The translations under genes were made by a program, and so were the position numbers. Below the pieces are notes generated by a model, which saw only the letters and a list, made by a program, of their open reading frames with translations, was not told the origin of the DNA and did no database searches. Source: a virus (Duplodnaviria; Heunggongvirae; Uroviricota; Caudoviricetes). Taken from it: DNA of 12,744 bases. Where the stretch lies: IMG/VR virus record IMGVR_UViG_2660238548_000016. One strand, 5' to 3'. This document shows positions 12,734 to 12,744 of the stretch, piece after piece. Position 1 is the stretch's first letter. Every line of letters starts with the position of its first letter.

Positions 12734-12744
12734 AACTGGAAGAT
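12730..12744 (+). CDS. Start of the next gene (MKLED...), translationally coupled to rusA by an ATGA overlap; product unknown, truncated by the window end
   Basis: ATG at 12730 overlaps the rusA stop; only 5 codons are visible. Confidence 0.3.

Noticed and set aside
1-12744. CRISPR arrays, tRNA or tmRNA genes, integrase or attachment site
   Set aside because: No regularly spaced direct repeats, no cloverleaf-like candidates and no integrase-like ORF were seen by eye; the prophage end with int presumably lies beyond the IS, outside the window.

Overview
This window reads as the immunity and early region of a Qin/Rac-like lambdoid prophage from an enterobacterium (E. coli-like), bounded on the left by the right end of an IS3-family insertion sequence. 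Gene order, left to right: IS3-family transposase 3' end (+) | IS-truncated DnaQ-like exonuclease (-) | RecE N-terminal homolog without its nuclease domain (-) | ydfD-like lysis gene (-) | dicB (-) | DicF sRNA (-) | about 0.9 kb extra DNA carrying an antisense zinc-ribbon ORF (+) | three small ydfC/ydfB/ydfA-position genes (-) | dicA-like repressor (-) | divergent dicC-like Cro analog (+) | YdaT-family (+) | O-like initiator with internal iterons (+) | P-like helicase loader (+) | tandem winged-helix protein (+) | two weak small ORFs | AT-rich moron encoding an orphan ModA-like periplasmic binding protein with its own operator-like palindrome and terminator (+) | hok/mok/sok type I toxin-antitoxin (+) | rem-like and Arg-rich small proteins (+) | ydfU-like DUF968 protein (+) | rusA (+) | start of the next gene. 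No tRNA, rRNA or CRISPR array was seen. All protein and RNA identifications rest on reading the translated ORFs and DNA against remembered family sequences; no database search was run, so family names are best-effort and coordinates of non-coding features are approximate. The two places I judge most likely to hold something undescribed are the antisense zinc-ribbon insertion inside the dicB operon (3230-4100) and the orphan binding-protein moron (8800-10010).
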